A stretch of DNA of 64,000 bases from assembly GCA_964630305.1 (NCBI GenBank), contig CAZVTR010000005.1:7153-71152 (forward strand). Reading direction: 5' to 3'. A model generated the notes under the pieces. That model had not been told where the DNA came from. It did no database searches and saw nothing but the letters and a program-made list of their open reading frames with translations. Position 1 is the stretch's first letter. Each line of letters starts with the position of its first letter. The translations under genes were made by a program, and so were the position numbers. The DNA is from an uncultured Treponemataceae bacterium. GTDB lineage: Bacteria > Spirochaetota > Spirochaetia > Treponematales > UBA12059. This document shows, piece after piece, positions 47,603 to 57,560 of this stretch.

Positions 47603-48721
47603 ATGAGCGTATATCAAGAACGGGTCAAGAAAGTTGCAGAAGAACTGGCAAAGCGTCAGCTTGCGGTATGCATGTTTGAAGACACAGAGGGGAGAAGAAA
47701 TCCATCTATCCGCTATCTCTCAGGACATCCCTCCGATGCGCTGCTTTTCATTAGCGCAAGCGGAAAATCAATACTTGTGCCGTGGGATATCAATATGGCT
47801 CATGCTATGGCAGAAGCCGATGAAATACTACCATACACTGATTTTGCCCGATCGGTACCCGAAGCAATTAACGGTATTGGCAAACATCTCAATCTGCATG
47901 AAGGCGATATTATCGGGCTCCCGTCAGCTACGCCGTATCCGCATTTTGTTTCGTATATGGAAAAATGCGAACCCTATGATTTTTCCTGTACCGATGACGG
48001 CATGGATGAGTTTGTTGCTGGCATGCGAGCGATCAAGGATGCAGAAGAAATCGGTATATACCGGAAGGTGTCTGCTATCACTGACTCGATAATGGATGCA
48101 ATTGAAGCACGTGTCCGCGCAGGGGAATTTAAAACAGAAACCGATGTAGCGCTTTTTATTGAACGGGCACTGCGCGAAGCGGGCTGTGAAGCTACAGGTT
48201 TTGATACGATTGCAGCAGGACCCTCACGCAGTTTCGGAATCCATGCATTTCCCTCCTATTCGGCAGCTGCATTCGGTACTGACGGTTTTTCCATTTTGGA
48301 TTTTGGCGTAGTGTATAAAGGATACACCTCCGATGTAACTATGACATTTGTGCGAGGAGCGCTCTCGGAAAAACAAAAAACAATGCTTGCCCTTGTGCAA
48401 AAAGCGTATGATGAAGCCGTAGCACTCTGCAAGCCAGGCATTCAGGCCAAAGAACCAGGCAAGCATGTTGATGCGCTCTTTAAGGAAGCAGGGTTTACAA
48501 TGCCCCACAGCCTGGGACACGGAGTAGGCCTTGAGGCTCACGAAATGCCGATTATGCGAAGCAGAGAGGATAATACCTGGGAACTCAAGCCGGGGCAGAT
48601 TATAACCATTGAGCCAGGACTCTATGATGCTGAAGCCGGCGGCGTGCGCCTGGAAAATGATGTCCTCATCACCGAAACCGGGCACGAAGTGCTGACGCAT
48701 TCACGAATTGTGTTTTTGTAG
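47603..48721 (+). CDS. M24-family Xaa-Pro aminopeptidase/dipeptidase
   Basis: Pita-bread fold ligand context: FDTIAA..., ILDFGVVYKGYTSDVTMTF, HSLGHGVGLEAHE, ITIEPG, and VRLENDVLIT. Confidence 0.88.
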   Translation: MSVYQERVKKVAEELAKRQLAVCMFEDTEGRRNPSIRYLSGHPSDALLFISASGKSILVPWDINMAHAMAEADEILPYTDFARSVPEAINGIGKHLNLHEGDIIGLPSATPYPHFVSYMEKCEPYDFSCTDDGMDEFVAGMRAIKDAEEIGIYRKVSAITDSIMDAIEARVRAGEFKTETDVALFIERALREAGCEATGFDTIAAGPSRSFGIHAFPSYSAAAFGTDGFSILDFGVVYKGYTSDVTMTFVRGALSEKQKTMLALVQKAYDEAVALCKPGIQAKEPGKHVDALFKEAGFTMPHSLGHGVGLEAHEMPIMRSREDNTWELKPGQIITIEPGLYDAEAGGVRLENDVLITETGHEVLTHSRIVFL

Positions 48722-48831
48722 TCTGCTGAAATGATGGAGAGAAGTAAGCTGTATAAGGAACTGCATGCGATACATAAGGGAAATGCAGAGTAAGATGTTT
48801 AAATCTAGAATGATGCAATTTAATAAACTAA

Positions 48832-48856
48832 GAGCAGCGGTTTGTGGCCGCTGCTC
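48832..48856. terminator. bidirectional terminator hairpin
   Basis: GAGCAGCGG-tttgtgg-CCGCTGCTC between convergent genes. Confidence 0.7.
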
Positions 48857-48879
48857 CAATGTAAATGTGTTATATTTTC

Positions 48880-51294
48880 TCAATCCACCGTTATCGATTT
48901 GCTCACGTTTTTAGGCGCGTCGGGATGTACGCCGTGATCTTCGACATGGAGCGCATCGAGCTTAGCTTTTTTGAGCACTGACATTCGGAGCGCAAGATAC
49001 TGGAGCACAATTGCGCTCCCAAAAACAAAGTAATACTTGTTGCCAGTTACGGGCATATGAATAAAGCTGGATGTGTATCGGTTTTCATAACCAGCGGGCA
49101 CGCCGGTTACTGCAAGCTCAAGGTCATGGTCAGGCTCTGCAATAAGGAAAATATCTGCGCCGCGAATTTTGTGAGTGTGAATCTGGCTGATGGTAATGTG
49201 TTTATCATGTTCGTCTGGCGGGCAGATAAACACGAGCGGATAATTCTTAAACAGAGCTTCGAGTGCTGTGCCAGTTACGTTTGTGTTGCCGGATGCGCAC
49301 AGTGCTTCGAGCTGATCGAGCGAGAATACGGTGTTTTTACCCAAAATGGTATTGGGTCCGTGTTTAAACTCAGCTGCATCGTACCCTTCGGCATGGTTGA
49401 GCACAACCTCGCGGATTTTGAGTGCACCTTCGCGTGCAAGTCCGATAAGGCCGGTACCAAGGAGATGAATGGAAGGCACCAGGTAGAGTTTTTCTGCAAT
49501 TGCATCGATTGAAGGAAATGCAGAGCTGATTGTATCGGCAAGCAATTTTTTGATTGCTCCAAGATCGTTCGCAAGTTCTGGATCTTTTTTTACCCATGCG
49601 CCGGCGAGGAGATAGAGCACGACAAGCTGGTTAATAAACGATTTTGTTGCGGCAACCGCAATTTCTGGTCCGCAGAGTATGGGGAGGTAAAAATCCGATA
49701 ACTCCTGCGGTATGCGGCTGTTTTCATTGTTTACAATTGCAATGCGTTTAATTTTAGGTTCAAGTTTTTTTGCATCCTGGAGTATATCAACGAGATCTTT
49801 TGTTTCTCCTGATTGCGATATTGCGATGATGAGATCATCCGCCTTGAGTGTGGAAAGATAGTTTCCGCGGAACTGGCCGGGGTTACAGGGAAATACTGCC
49901 AGCCTGGCAAGTCCGCCAAAGAAATATGAACCAATGAGCGCTGCATGATAGGATGTTCCCGATGCAAGTATATAAATGGTGCCTTTGCGTTTTTGTGTTT
50001 GCTGCATGGTTGCAACACATCGCATATACGAAGTGCGGATTTCCTGGCGCTTTCGTTCTATTGCAAGCGCATCGAGAAGGACAAGCGCTTCTCTATGTTC
50101 GGGCGTAAGCCGTGATAGTTCATCAAGAATAAAAGCAAGCTCTGAGACAAAAGCGGTGTGAGTGTTCAGTGTGTTGGAGCCAGCCTGCTTTGCCTTGTTT
50201 GCAAATGCAAGCCACTGTGGTGATGCAAAGAATGCTTTTGCTGATACCTGTAATGCTTCGGTGCTCGCCGTTTGAGCAAGGTTTTCAATAAACTCAAGAG
50301 CTGCAATCGCTTGATGCGTGCTGGCAAGTTTTGTTAACCAGGCAAGATCAGGATCGGGGAGATAGTATCGAGCCAGCTCTGTAATGTTTGTGGGTGCGGA
50401 TTCAATTTCCTGATGCATGAAAAACTTATAGGGTTCATGGAGCCCGGTGTCCTGCACCGAAAGCCGCGATCGCATCGGAACAGGTTCTGAAAATTTCAGG
50501 GGACCAGTTAATGAGAACACTGCATAGGCAGTATGGTTGTACCAGATTCCCTGTCCTTCGAGGAGCGGAATCAAGATTTTTGTTTTAGAGAGCACAGAGC
50601 TCAAATCACTTGAAACAACAACAAAGCTGCCATTGGTATCGGTGCCAATACCGGCATAGAGTGAAGAACCGGATTTAATTGCAAAGACACCTTCGATATC
50701 GGGATCTGCAACGCAAGCCGCATAAGAGCCTACAGCCTCTGCTTCTGCCCTGCGGATTGCTTCTATCATGGCACAGTGTTGAAGCGATAGATCGGCACGA
50801 ATGCCCGTTTTCTTATAGAGTGCATGTGCATTTTTAGCGGCATCCATATCGTTCTGTAAGATTTCGACATAGTGCTCTTCGATGAGGTGCACGAGCATCT
50901 CGCCATCGTTATCAGATTTTGGGCTATGGCCTGATTCTATAAGCCGTTTTTTGAGCGCATCGGTATTAGAAATATTGCCGTTATGCGCGCCAACGAGTTC
51001 TTTTTTGCACAGCACATGGTGCGGCTGGCTGTTGATATCGGTCACGGCACCATACGTCGCCCAGCGCACCTGTCCAATAAAGCGCTGGCCGCCATATTGC
51101 GGTATGTTGAGTTCTCGGGTTACTTTGCTCGGCGAACCTACTTTTTTTACGAGTGTTATTTTTTTATCAGTTGTGATAAATGATGCGCCAGTAGAATCGT
51201 AGCCTCGGTATTCAAGCCGTTTGAGGAGTTCTGATGCCTCTTTACCTAATGAGTCAGTGTCTTTGTCATAAACCAATGATACAACGCCGCACAT
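48880..51294 (-). CDS. glmS: glutamine--fructose-6-phosphate aminotransferase-like protein (class-II GATase + two SIS domains), unusually long at 804 aa
   Basis: MCGVV start with catalytic Cys2, RLEYRGYDSTG and HNGNISN. Two SIS domains follow (ILASGTSYHAA...SQSGETKD; HLLGTGL...EGALKIRE). The C-terminus SKSITVD resembles the GlmS KSVTVE. AAAGGAG lies 6 nt upstream. Confidence 0.75.
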   Translation of the reverse strand: MCGVVSLVYDKDTDSLGKEASELLKRLEYRGYDSTGASFITTDKKITLVKKVGSPSKVTRELNIPQYGGQRFIGQVRWATYGAVTDINSQPHHVLCKKELVGAHNGNISNTDALKKRLIESGHSPKSDNDGEMLVHLIEEHYVEILQNDMDAAKNAHALYKKTGIRADLSLQHCAMIEAIRRAEAEAVGSYAACVADPDIEGVFAIKSGSSLYAGIGTDTNGSFVVVSSDLSSVLSKTKILIPLLEGQGIWYNHTAYAVFSLTGPLKFSEPVPMRSRLSVQDTGLHEPYKFFMHQEIESAPTNITELARYYLPDPDLAWLTKLASTHQAIAALEFIENLAQTASTEALQVSAKAFFASPQWLAFANKAKQAGSNTLNTHTAFVSELAFILDELSRLTPEHREALVLLDALAIERKRQEIRTSYMRCVATMQQTQKRKGTIYILASGTSYHAALIGSYFFGGLARLAVFPCNPGQFRGNYLSTLKADDLIIAISQSGETKDLVDILQDAKKLEPKIKRIAIVNNENSRIPQELSDFYLPILCGPEIAVAATKSFINQLVVLYLLAGAWVKKDPELANDLGAIKKLLADTISSAFPSIDAIAEKLYLVPSIHLLGTGLIGLAREGALKIREVVLNHAEGYDAAEFKHGPNTILGKNTVFSLDQLEALCASGNTNVTGTALEALFKNYPLVFICPPDEHDKHITISQIHTHKIRGADIFLIAEPDHDLELAVTGVPAGYENRYTSSFIHMPVTGNKYYFVFGSAIVLQYLALRMSVLKKAKLDALHVEDHGVHPDAPKNVSKSITVD

Positions 51295-51385
51295 ACTTTG
51301 CTCCTTTTTGCATCACTATGCAACGAAAATGGAAAAATGGCAACTAGAAGATAGTTTTACTATGTGCAATGCATGTTGCGCGCTG

Positions 51386-51417
51386 GTATTTTAAAGGGAG
51401 GTATTTTAAAGGAGGTG
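51386..51417 (+). repeat. tandem 15-bp duplication GTATTTTAAAGG(G)AGG, creating two Shine-Dalgarno-like blocks
   Basis: GTATTTTAAAGG occurs at 51386..51397 and 51401..51412, each running into GGAGG/GAGG. Confidence 0.8.
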
Positions 51418-51482
51418 CTTTATATGGAAGGGGTGTTTCCAATAGCTTGAGTAAGCAAGTAATTCCATACTATGATAGTCCC

Positions 51483-52319
51483 ATGAAAGGTGTTATTGTT
51501 GCTGCAGGTTATGGGACGAGATTTTTACCGGTTACAAAGACTGTCCCTAAAGAGATGCTGCCGCTCATTACAAGACCGGCAATCGATTTTATTATAGAAG
51601 AGTTTGTAAACGCAGGAATTCATGAGGTAATTATCATCACAAGCAGGCGCAAGAAATCGCTCGATGATTATTTTGATCATGAAGTCGAGCTTGATGGTGT
51701 GTTTGAACGTGAAGGCAATACAAATAAGCTCAAGCTTGTAGAGCCGCCTCGAGTTCATGTGAGTTTTGTACGCCAGCAGGCAATGCGTGGAACGGGTCAT
51801 GCACTCCTCATGGTAAAGCCGCTCATAGGCACTGAGCCCTGCGTCGTAGCGTACCCTGATGATATTCATCTGGGTACACCGCCATTAGCTCGCCAGTTAA
51901 TCGATCTGTATGAGCAAACAGGCTGTTCGGTGCTCGCTACAATCCATGAACCCGGTGATGTGAGCCGATATGGTGTTGTTGCCCCCGATGCTGATGGTGT
52001 GCATGTTAAAGGTTTTGTAGAAAAACCGGCACCAGGCACTGAGCCAAGCCATGAAGTTTCGATAGGCCGCTACCTCTATACGCCAGAGTTTTTTGACTAT
52101 CTCGAAGAAGGCTGGAATAAGCATACAGGCGGCGAGTATTACCATCTCTTTGCGCTCAATACCTTGATTGCTCAGGGTAAGGTTGCATGGAAAGCAACTG
52201 AGGGTGTGCGGCTCGATACGGGTGAGCCGTCAGGATACCTGGAAGCGATACTCACTTATGCTTGGGATATTCCTCAGTATCGCAGTGTCATTGAGCGGTT
52301 TATCGCACAAAAAAAATAA
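51483..52319 (+). CDS. galU: UTP--glucose-1-phosphate uridylyltransferase
   Basis: MKGVIVAAGYGTRFLPVTKTVPKEMLP is the canonical GalU N-terminus, followed by VRQQAMRGTGHAL. I chose the ATG at 51483, although it has no SD of its own. Confidence 0.88.
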   Translation: MKGVIVAAGYGTRFLPVTKTVPKEMLPLITRPAIDFIIEEFVNAGIHEVIIITSRRKKSLDDYFDHEVELDGVFEREGNTNKLKLVEPPRVHVSFVRQQAMRGTGHALLMVKPLIGTEPCVVAYPDDIHLGTPPLARQLIDLYEQTGCSVLATIHEPGDVSRYGVVAPDADGVHVKGFVEKPAPGTEPSHEVSIGRYLYTPEFFDYLEEGWNKHTGGEYYHLFALNTLIAQGKVAWKATEGVRLDTGEPSGYLEAILTYAWDIPQYRSVIERFIAQKK

Positions 52320-52457
52320 AAAATTTAGCCATAATTTTTGTAACGTTCTTTGAATTGAGTTATGTTATTAAGAGAGTTTGAAAATAAATAGCCTAGATTC
52401 ATACTCTATGAGCAGATGTTCTGCTTGTTAGTCAAATAAAGCTGAAAGGATGTATGC

Positions 52458-55379
52458 ATGAAAAAATCTAAAGTACTCAATGTGCTCATTATTGTTGGGT
52501 TTGTAGTACTCGGTCTTTTGAGCTGTGTTGGCACACAGGCTAAAGGCAGTGATGCAGCTCAGGTTCAGAGTGAAGAAGTGCAGCAAACGCCAATTGCGGT
52601 TACAGAAGTAAAGCAAAAGTATGATCCCTATCAGGCAATGCCAGATGATTTGCTGCCGCTTGCTCCTGAGCTCACAAAAGGTGTTTTTGATAATGGGATC
52701 ACCTATTATGTAAGAAAAAATGGCAATCCTGCTAAGCGTGCTGTCATGTATTTAGTCGTTAAAGCGGGTTCTGTGCATGAAACCGATGAAGAACGTGGCT
52801 ATGCACATTTTGTTGAGCACATGGCATTTAATGGCACAGCATCCTTTCCGGAGAACCAGTTGGTAGACTATTTTAGATCAATTGGTATGGAATTTGGTGC
52901 AGAAGTCAATGCGTATACATCATTTGATAGAACTGTTTACATGATAAAAATGCCGCTTGATAAGCTTACGTTTTATCAGAAGGGGTTGCAGATTCTCAAG
53001 GAGTTTGCGCTTGATATTACATTTGATCCTATTGAAGTAGAAAAAGAGAAAGGCGTTATCCTTGAAGAAATGCGGCTCGATAAAGGCAGCAGGGAGCGCG
53101 CAAGCAATAAGGAACTAGAAGCCATGCTCGGCGGAACGCCCTATGCAAACCGCAGTCCCATAGGAACAGAGGCATCTATTAGGAATGCTACAGCCGAAAA
53201 ACTCAAAGCGTTTTATACAAAACACTATACGCTGAATAGGATGGCAATTATTGTGGTTGCGGATCAAACGCCAGCCTACATGATACGTTCAGTTAATGAG
53301 GTATTTGAAAAACTTCCTGCTCAGCCTCAAGCTTTAACTAATTTTGTTTATAAAATTGACAGTATTCCTGATCTTAAATACTCGATAAGCACTGATGATG
53401 ATTTTGGTATGGCAACAGTAGGGTATGAACAGATAACTCCGCTTAAGCCAGAAAAAACACTCCGCGATTATAATAATTTTGTTATTCGCAATCTTACTGA
53501 ACAGGCAATTAATTTCCGGCTCAATGCATTAATAAATAGCGGCAAAGCCAATTGGGAAGATGCCTATTTTGGCACTGACTATTTCTTTGGCCAAACACGT
53601 TCACTCGATCTTGTTATGCGGGCAAAAGCCGGTAAGGAATTAGAAGCTTTTAAAATGCTCATGGAAGAGATTGAGCGGCTAAAACAGAATGGGTTTACTG
53701 TGGGCGAATTTAACCGCGCTATTTCCAGCCACAGAGCATGGGTAAAGACGCTCGATGTAGAAGATATGGATCTAAAGAGCGATGATTTTGCAGAAGAGTA
53801 TACCCGCAATTTTATGTATGATGAACCAGTGCCTGGTGTTACCAATGAGCGTGTGTATATTACTAATGTGCTCAATACGCTGACACTCGATATGCTTAAT
53901 AACTACATGCGGGAGATGCTTAAGGATTTTACTAAAGGCTTTATTTATGTACGAACAAAACCGCAATTTGTATCGCTTAAACAGGAAGATTTTGCAAAGC
54001 TTATCGCTGGAGCAATCAGCAAAAAGTATGAACCCTTTGTTTCAACTGAAAAAGAGATAGGTTTATACGATAATTTATTGCCTCCTGGGAAAATAACAGC
54101 AGAAGAAACATTTTATAATGATTTTACTAAACTGGTGTTAGCTAATGGCGCTGTAGTATATGTAAAACCTACAAGCTTTGATAAGGATGCTGTAAAAGTA
54201 TTTGCTTTTGCGCAGGGCGGGTACTATGCGTTACCAGAACAGGATGTTATGCCTGCCCGGTTGTTAAGTTTCCTTATGAATGCTGCTGGTTACAGTGATA
54301 TTTCTGCAGATAAACTTAATGAACTTCTCGCTCCTTATCGTGTCAGCTTAAAATGGAATGTCGATAGCACAAGCCAGTATCTTGTTGGGGAAACTAAAAC
54401 CAATGATGTTGAACCGCTCTTGCGGCTCATTTCGCTCTTGCAGGCAAGCCCGGGCAAGGATATTGCAAACTTTAATCGGAATAAACAGCGGCTTTTTGAT
54501 GAAATTGAAAGCATACAGGAAGATCCTGAGTATCGCTTTAGAAATGACTGGCAAAAAGTGCTTTATGGCAGTTCTGAGTATGTTAAAGGTTTTGGAGTTA
54601 ACGAATTTGACGCAATTACGTATGCTCAGTGTGCAGAATTAATGAAAAAGCTCTTTGGCAATGCCGGCAAGTTTACCTACGTTATTGTTGGCGATGTAAC
54701 AATGGATAGCTTGAAACCTCTGCTCGAAAAACATATTGGTTCTTTGCCCGGAAAACCAGATTCAAGCAGGGTTGTCTGGAAAGAACCAAAACCACAAAAA
54801 CCAACACAGCAGAAATACATATTTAACTATGCCAAAGAAAATAAAGCCGATGTGCTGCTTTATTTTACAGGACCAATACAATATACCTGGGAAACAGAGC
54901 AAAAATTTGAAATTCTCAAAGCCTCTCTGAATAATAGGCTTCTCGATAGAATACGAGAGGAACTGAGCGGCACCTATGTAATAAGCTGTGATGGTTCAGT
55001 AGAAGTACTTCCTACACCGCAGTATAGCTTTATTATACAATTCAGTACCGATCCGGCACGTGTTGATGATCTCATCGCTGCTGTCCGCCGTGAAATTGAT
55101 GCATATGTTTCGGGTAATTTTGATGATAAATATGTCAAACAGATAGCTTCTCAGCTCAGCCGGACTACAGGATACATATATACCAATGATTTCTGGCTTT
55201 GGTATACTGGCCTTACACTGCTTAATGGCATTGATGACTTTTCGTTTGTACAACAGTGGTCATTACGTTCTGTGTTGGCAACCAAAGAAAATATTCAGCA
55301 GATGGCGGAAAAGGTATTTAATACTGAGTATCAGTATGTATTTGTGTTACAGCCGCCTGCAGCAACAGAGCAAAAATAA
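52458..55379 (+). CDS. M16-family (pitrilysin-like) zinc peptidase, probable lipoprotein, 973 aa
   Basis: HFVEHMAFNG (inverted HxxEH zinc motif). Double M16 active/inactive module length. N-terminal LGLLSC lipobox. Confidence 0.85.
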   Translation: MKKSKVLNVLIIVGFVVLGLLSCVGTQAKGSDAAQVQSEEVQQTPIAVTEVKQKYDPYQAMPDDLLPLAPELTKGVFDNGITYYVRKNGNPAKRAVMYLVVKAGSVHETDEERGYAHFVEHMAFNGTASFPENQLVDYFRSIGMEFGAEVNAYTSFDRTVYMIKMPLDKLTFYQKGLQILKEFALDITFDPIEVEKEKGVILEEMRLDKGSRERASNKELEAMLGGTPYANRSPIGTEASIRNATAEKLKAFYTKHYTLNRMAIIVVADQTPAYMIRSVNEVFEKLPAQPQALTNFVYKIDSIPDLKYSISTDDDFGMATVGYEQITPLKPEKTLRDYNNFVIRNLTEQAINFRLNALINSGKANWEDAYFGTDYFFGQTRSLDLVMRAKAGKELEAFKMLMEEIERLKQNGFTVGEFNRAISSHRAWVKTLDVEDMDLKSDDFAEEYTRNFMYDEPVPGVTNERVYITNVLNTLTLDMLNNYMREMLKDFTKGFIYVRTKPQFVSLKQEDFAKLIAGAISKKYEPFVSTEKEIGLYDNLLPPGKITAEETFYNDFTKLVLANGAVVYVKPTSFDKDAVKVFAFAQGGYYALPEQDVMPARLLSFLMNAAGYSDISADKLNELLAPYRVSLKWNVDSTSQYLVGETKTNDVEPLLRLISLLQASPGKDIANFNRNKQRLFDEIESIQEDPEYRFRNDWQKVLYGSSEYVKGFGVNEFDAITYAQCAELMKKLFGNAGKFTYVIVGDVTMDSLKPLLEKHIGSLPGKPDSSRVVWKEPKPQKPTQQKYIFNYAKENKADVLLYFTGPIQYTWETEQKFEILKASLNNRLLDRIREELSGTYVISCDGSVEVLPTPQYSFIIQFSTDPARVDDLIAAVRREIDAYVSGNFDDKYVKQIASQLSRTTGYIYTNDFWLWYTGLTLLNGIDDFSFVQQWSLRSVLATKENIQQMAEKVFNTEYQYVFVLQPPAATEQK

Positions 55380-55394
55380 AACGAGGAACTGCGT

Positions 55395-55931
55395 ATGGAA
55401 TGGTATACGACATGGGTGAGAGAAAATATCATCCTTTCTTCATTTATACAATTTTTTATACTTGGTACGGTCGGCGAAATCCTCGGGATGGTAATTGCGC
55501 GGAAACAAGTCTCTGCTAATGTGGTTGAATGGCTGTTTAAGGCTGTGGTCTGGGGACTCTTGGGTATTCTCATCAAATATGCGTTTAAAGGGTACACGGG
55601 CTTTATAAACATCCTTGTGGAATATAATTTACTCCCGGCGGTCGTTGGTCCGAATTCAAATATCGCACTGCTCAGAGCTTTTGCGCTTTCATTTGTGATG
55701 AATGCTCAGTTTGGACCAGTTCTTATGTTTTTGCATCGTACTACTGACAATATCATTATGCGGACTAAAGGTTATGCTGGAATCGATAGAAGTTTTTGGA
55801 CATTGCTCTGGTTCTGGCTCCCGGCCCATACCCTGACATTTTCACTTCCCGCTGATTATCAGATTGGTGTTGCAGCACTGCTTTCGGTAGCGCTTGGAAT
55901 AATCATGGGGTATACTAAGCGCAAAAGCTAG
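55395..55931 (+). CDS. integral membrane protein, unknown function
   Basis: 178 aa with about four transmembrane segments. ACGAGGAA SD-like sequence upstream. Confidence 0.6.
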   Translation: MEWYTTWVRENIILSSFIQFFILGTVGEILGMVIARKQVSANVVEWLFKAVVWGLLGILIKYAFKGYTGFINILVEYNLLPAVVGPNSNIALLRAFALSFVMNAQFGPVLMFLHRTTDNIIMRTKGYAGIDRSFWTLLWFWLPAHTLTFSLPADYQIGVAALLSVALGIIMGYTKRKS

Positions 55932-56001
55932 TGTTTGTCTGAGTAGCCTACAAGCAATCAGTGTTTACAGTGCTGATTGGTGGTGCAATGAAGCATTATG
56001 A

Positions 56002-56032
56002 AGCCGCTCGTGAGGGGCGGCTTTTTGTTTTT
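56002..56032 (+). terminator. rho-independent terminator
   Basis: AGCCGC-tcgtgagg-GCGGCT followed by TTTTGTTTTT. Confidence 0.8.
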
Positions 56033-56104
56033 ATGCATGATGGAGTGATTTTTTTCTGCTTATGTACAGACAAAACTATATATTTTTAGCGCAAATTGTA
56101 AAAA

Positions 56105-56120
56105 TGGCATAAATTTTGCT
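56105..56120 (+). promoter_or_regulatory. sigma-54 (-24/-12) promoter TGGCATaaattTTGCT upstream of iadA
   Basis: It matches TGGCACG-N4-TTGCW with exact GG-to-GC spacing (GG at 56106-07, GC at 56118-19). It lies 56 nt upstream of the iadA ATG, and a sigma-54 activator is encoded next door. Confidence 0.7.
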
Positions 56121-56175
56121 TATAAATATTTCAAGTGAATAACCAAATTATGAGTCTGAGACAGGAGTAAATACT

Positions 56176-57357
56176 ATGCTGGTAATAAAAAATGCACAAG
56201 CTTTTACACCAGATAATGCAGGCGTAGTAGATATACTTATTGCTGGCAGCCAAATTGTGTTTATAGGTACAAATCTGGCAATTCCTGAGAGTCTTGTTAC
56301 GGCAACTATCGATGCCAAAGGACTATATGCGGTGCCAGGTTTTATTGATGGCCATGTCCATACGATAGGAGGCGGCGGAGAAGGCGGATTTGCAACACGG
56401 ACTCCGGAGCTTCAGGCGGGCACGGCGTTTACCTATGGTGTGACTACAGTAATTGGCGTACTCGGAACAGATGGAATAGCTCGTTCAATGGAGACTTTAG
56501 TTGCAAAAACCTATGGCCTCAGAGCAGAAGGCTTATCGGCATATTGCCTCTCGGGCTCATACCGTGTTCCGCTTACCACGCTTACTGGAGAACTGGTTCG
56601 CGATATTATGTTTATTGAGCCTGTGTTAGGCGCAGGGGAAATAGCAATAGGCGACCATCGATCAAGCTGGCCAGCTGATGACGAACTTACAAGAATAATT
56701 GCCGATGCCCGTCTCGGCGGCATCCTTTCCGGCAAAGCTGGTATAGTAAACATTCATCTTGGCGATGATACTCGTGGGTTTATGCAATTAGAACGCATTT
56801 TTGCTAATGTGAGCATACCTCGCCAGCAAGTATTACCGACACACTGCAATCGTTCACCTGAAGTTTTTAAACAGGCGCTGGCATGGAGCAGGGGAGGTGG
56901 TTGCATCGATTTTACTGCAACAGAAACGAATGATCAGCTTTCTGCCGCAGAGGCTCTGACGGAATACTTCAAGACTCTGCATACTGAAGCATCGCATCGG
57001 GATAAGCCTGGTAGTGTACCAGGTAGAGTGACTATTACGAGTGATGCGCAGGGGAGTTTGCCTCGGTTTAATGAACAGGGCGAGTGCATTGGGCTCGATG
57101 TCGGAACGAATAGGGCTTTATTAAAAGCAGTTCAGAAAGCAGTGTTAGACTATGACCTTTCGCTTGATTTTGTGCTCAAAGCAGTAACGAGTACACCTGC
57201 AATGCTGTATAAACTCAATCGTAAGGGTAGGCTCAAAGAAGGTATGGATGCCGATATTGTATTGTTAGATGACAAGCTCAATGTCGTTACGGTTATTGCA
57301 AATGGTACGATTGTTGTAGAAAACGGAGTGCTAATAAAAAAAGGTACGTTTGAATAA
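56176..57357 (+). CDS. iadA: isoaspartyl (beta-aspartyl) dipeptidase
   Basis: GFIDGHVHTIGGGGEGGFATRTPE is the IadA hallmark. Amidohydrolase fold of 393 aa. CAGGAG lies 8 nt upstream. Confidence 0.88.
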   Translation: MLVIKNAQAFTPDNAGVVDILIAGSQIVFIGTNLAIPESLVTATIDAKGLYAVPGFIDGHVHTIGGGGEGGFATRTPELQAGTAFTYGVTTVIGVLGTDGIARSMETLVAKTYGLRAEGLSAYCLSGSYRVPLTTLTGELVRDIMFIEPVLGAGEIAIGDHRSSWPADDELTRIIADARLGGILSGKAGIVNIHLGDDTRGFMQLERIFANVSIPRQQVLPTHCNRSPEVFKQALAWSRGGGCIDFTATETNDQLSAAEALTEYFKTLHTEASHRDKPGSVPGRVTITSDAQGSLPRFNEQGECIGLDVGTNRALLKAVQKAVLDYDLSLDFVLKAVTSTPAMLYKLNRKGRLKEGMDADIVLLDDKLNVVTVIANGTIVVENGVLIKKGTFE

Positions 57358-57560
57358 TATGATTTAATACAGCAATTTCTATACAGTTTATGACTGCGGA
57401 GCTATGTAATGGAGAACTTCATGCCGGTTTGTAGTTTTAAGCATCTGGGACTACAATAAAAGTTGTGCTTGATACTGTGATTGGATGCAGTAAAACAAAA
57501 TTCTGCTGATAAGTAGTGCAATCACGAAAATCTAAGTCGGAATATAAGTGTGGATTGTAT

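Noticed and set aside
51295-51482. glmS ribozyme or other riboswitch in the 5' leader of the GlmS-like gene
   Set aside because: The leader available on the minus strand is short, and I could not recognise the conserved glmS ribozyme core. The repeats seen here belong to the plus-strand galU leader.
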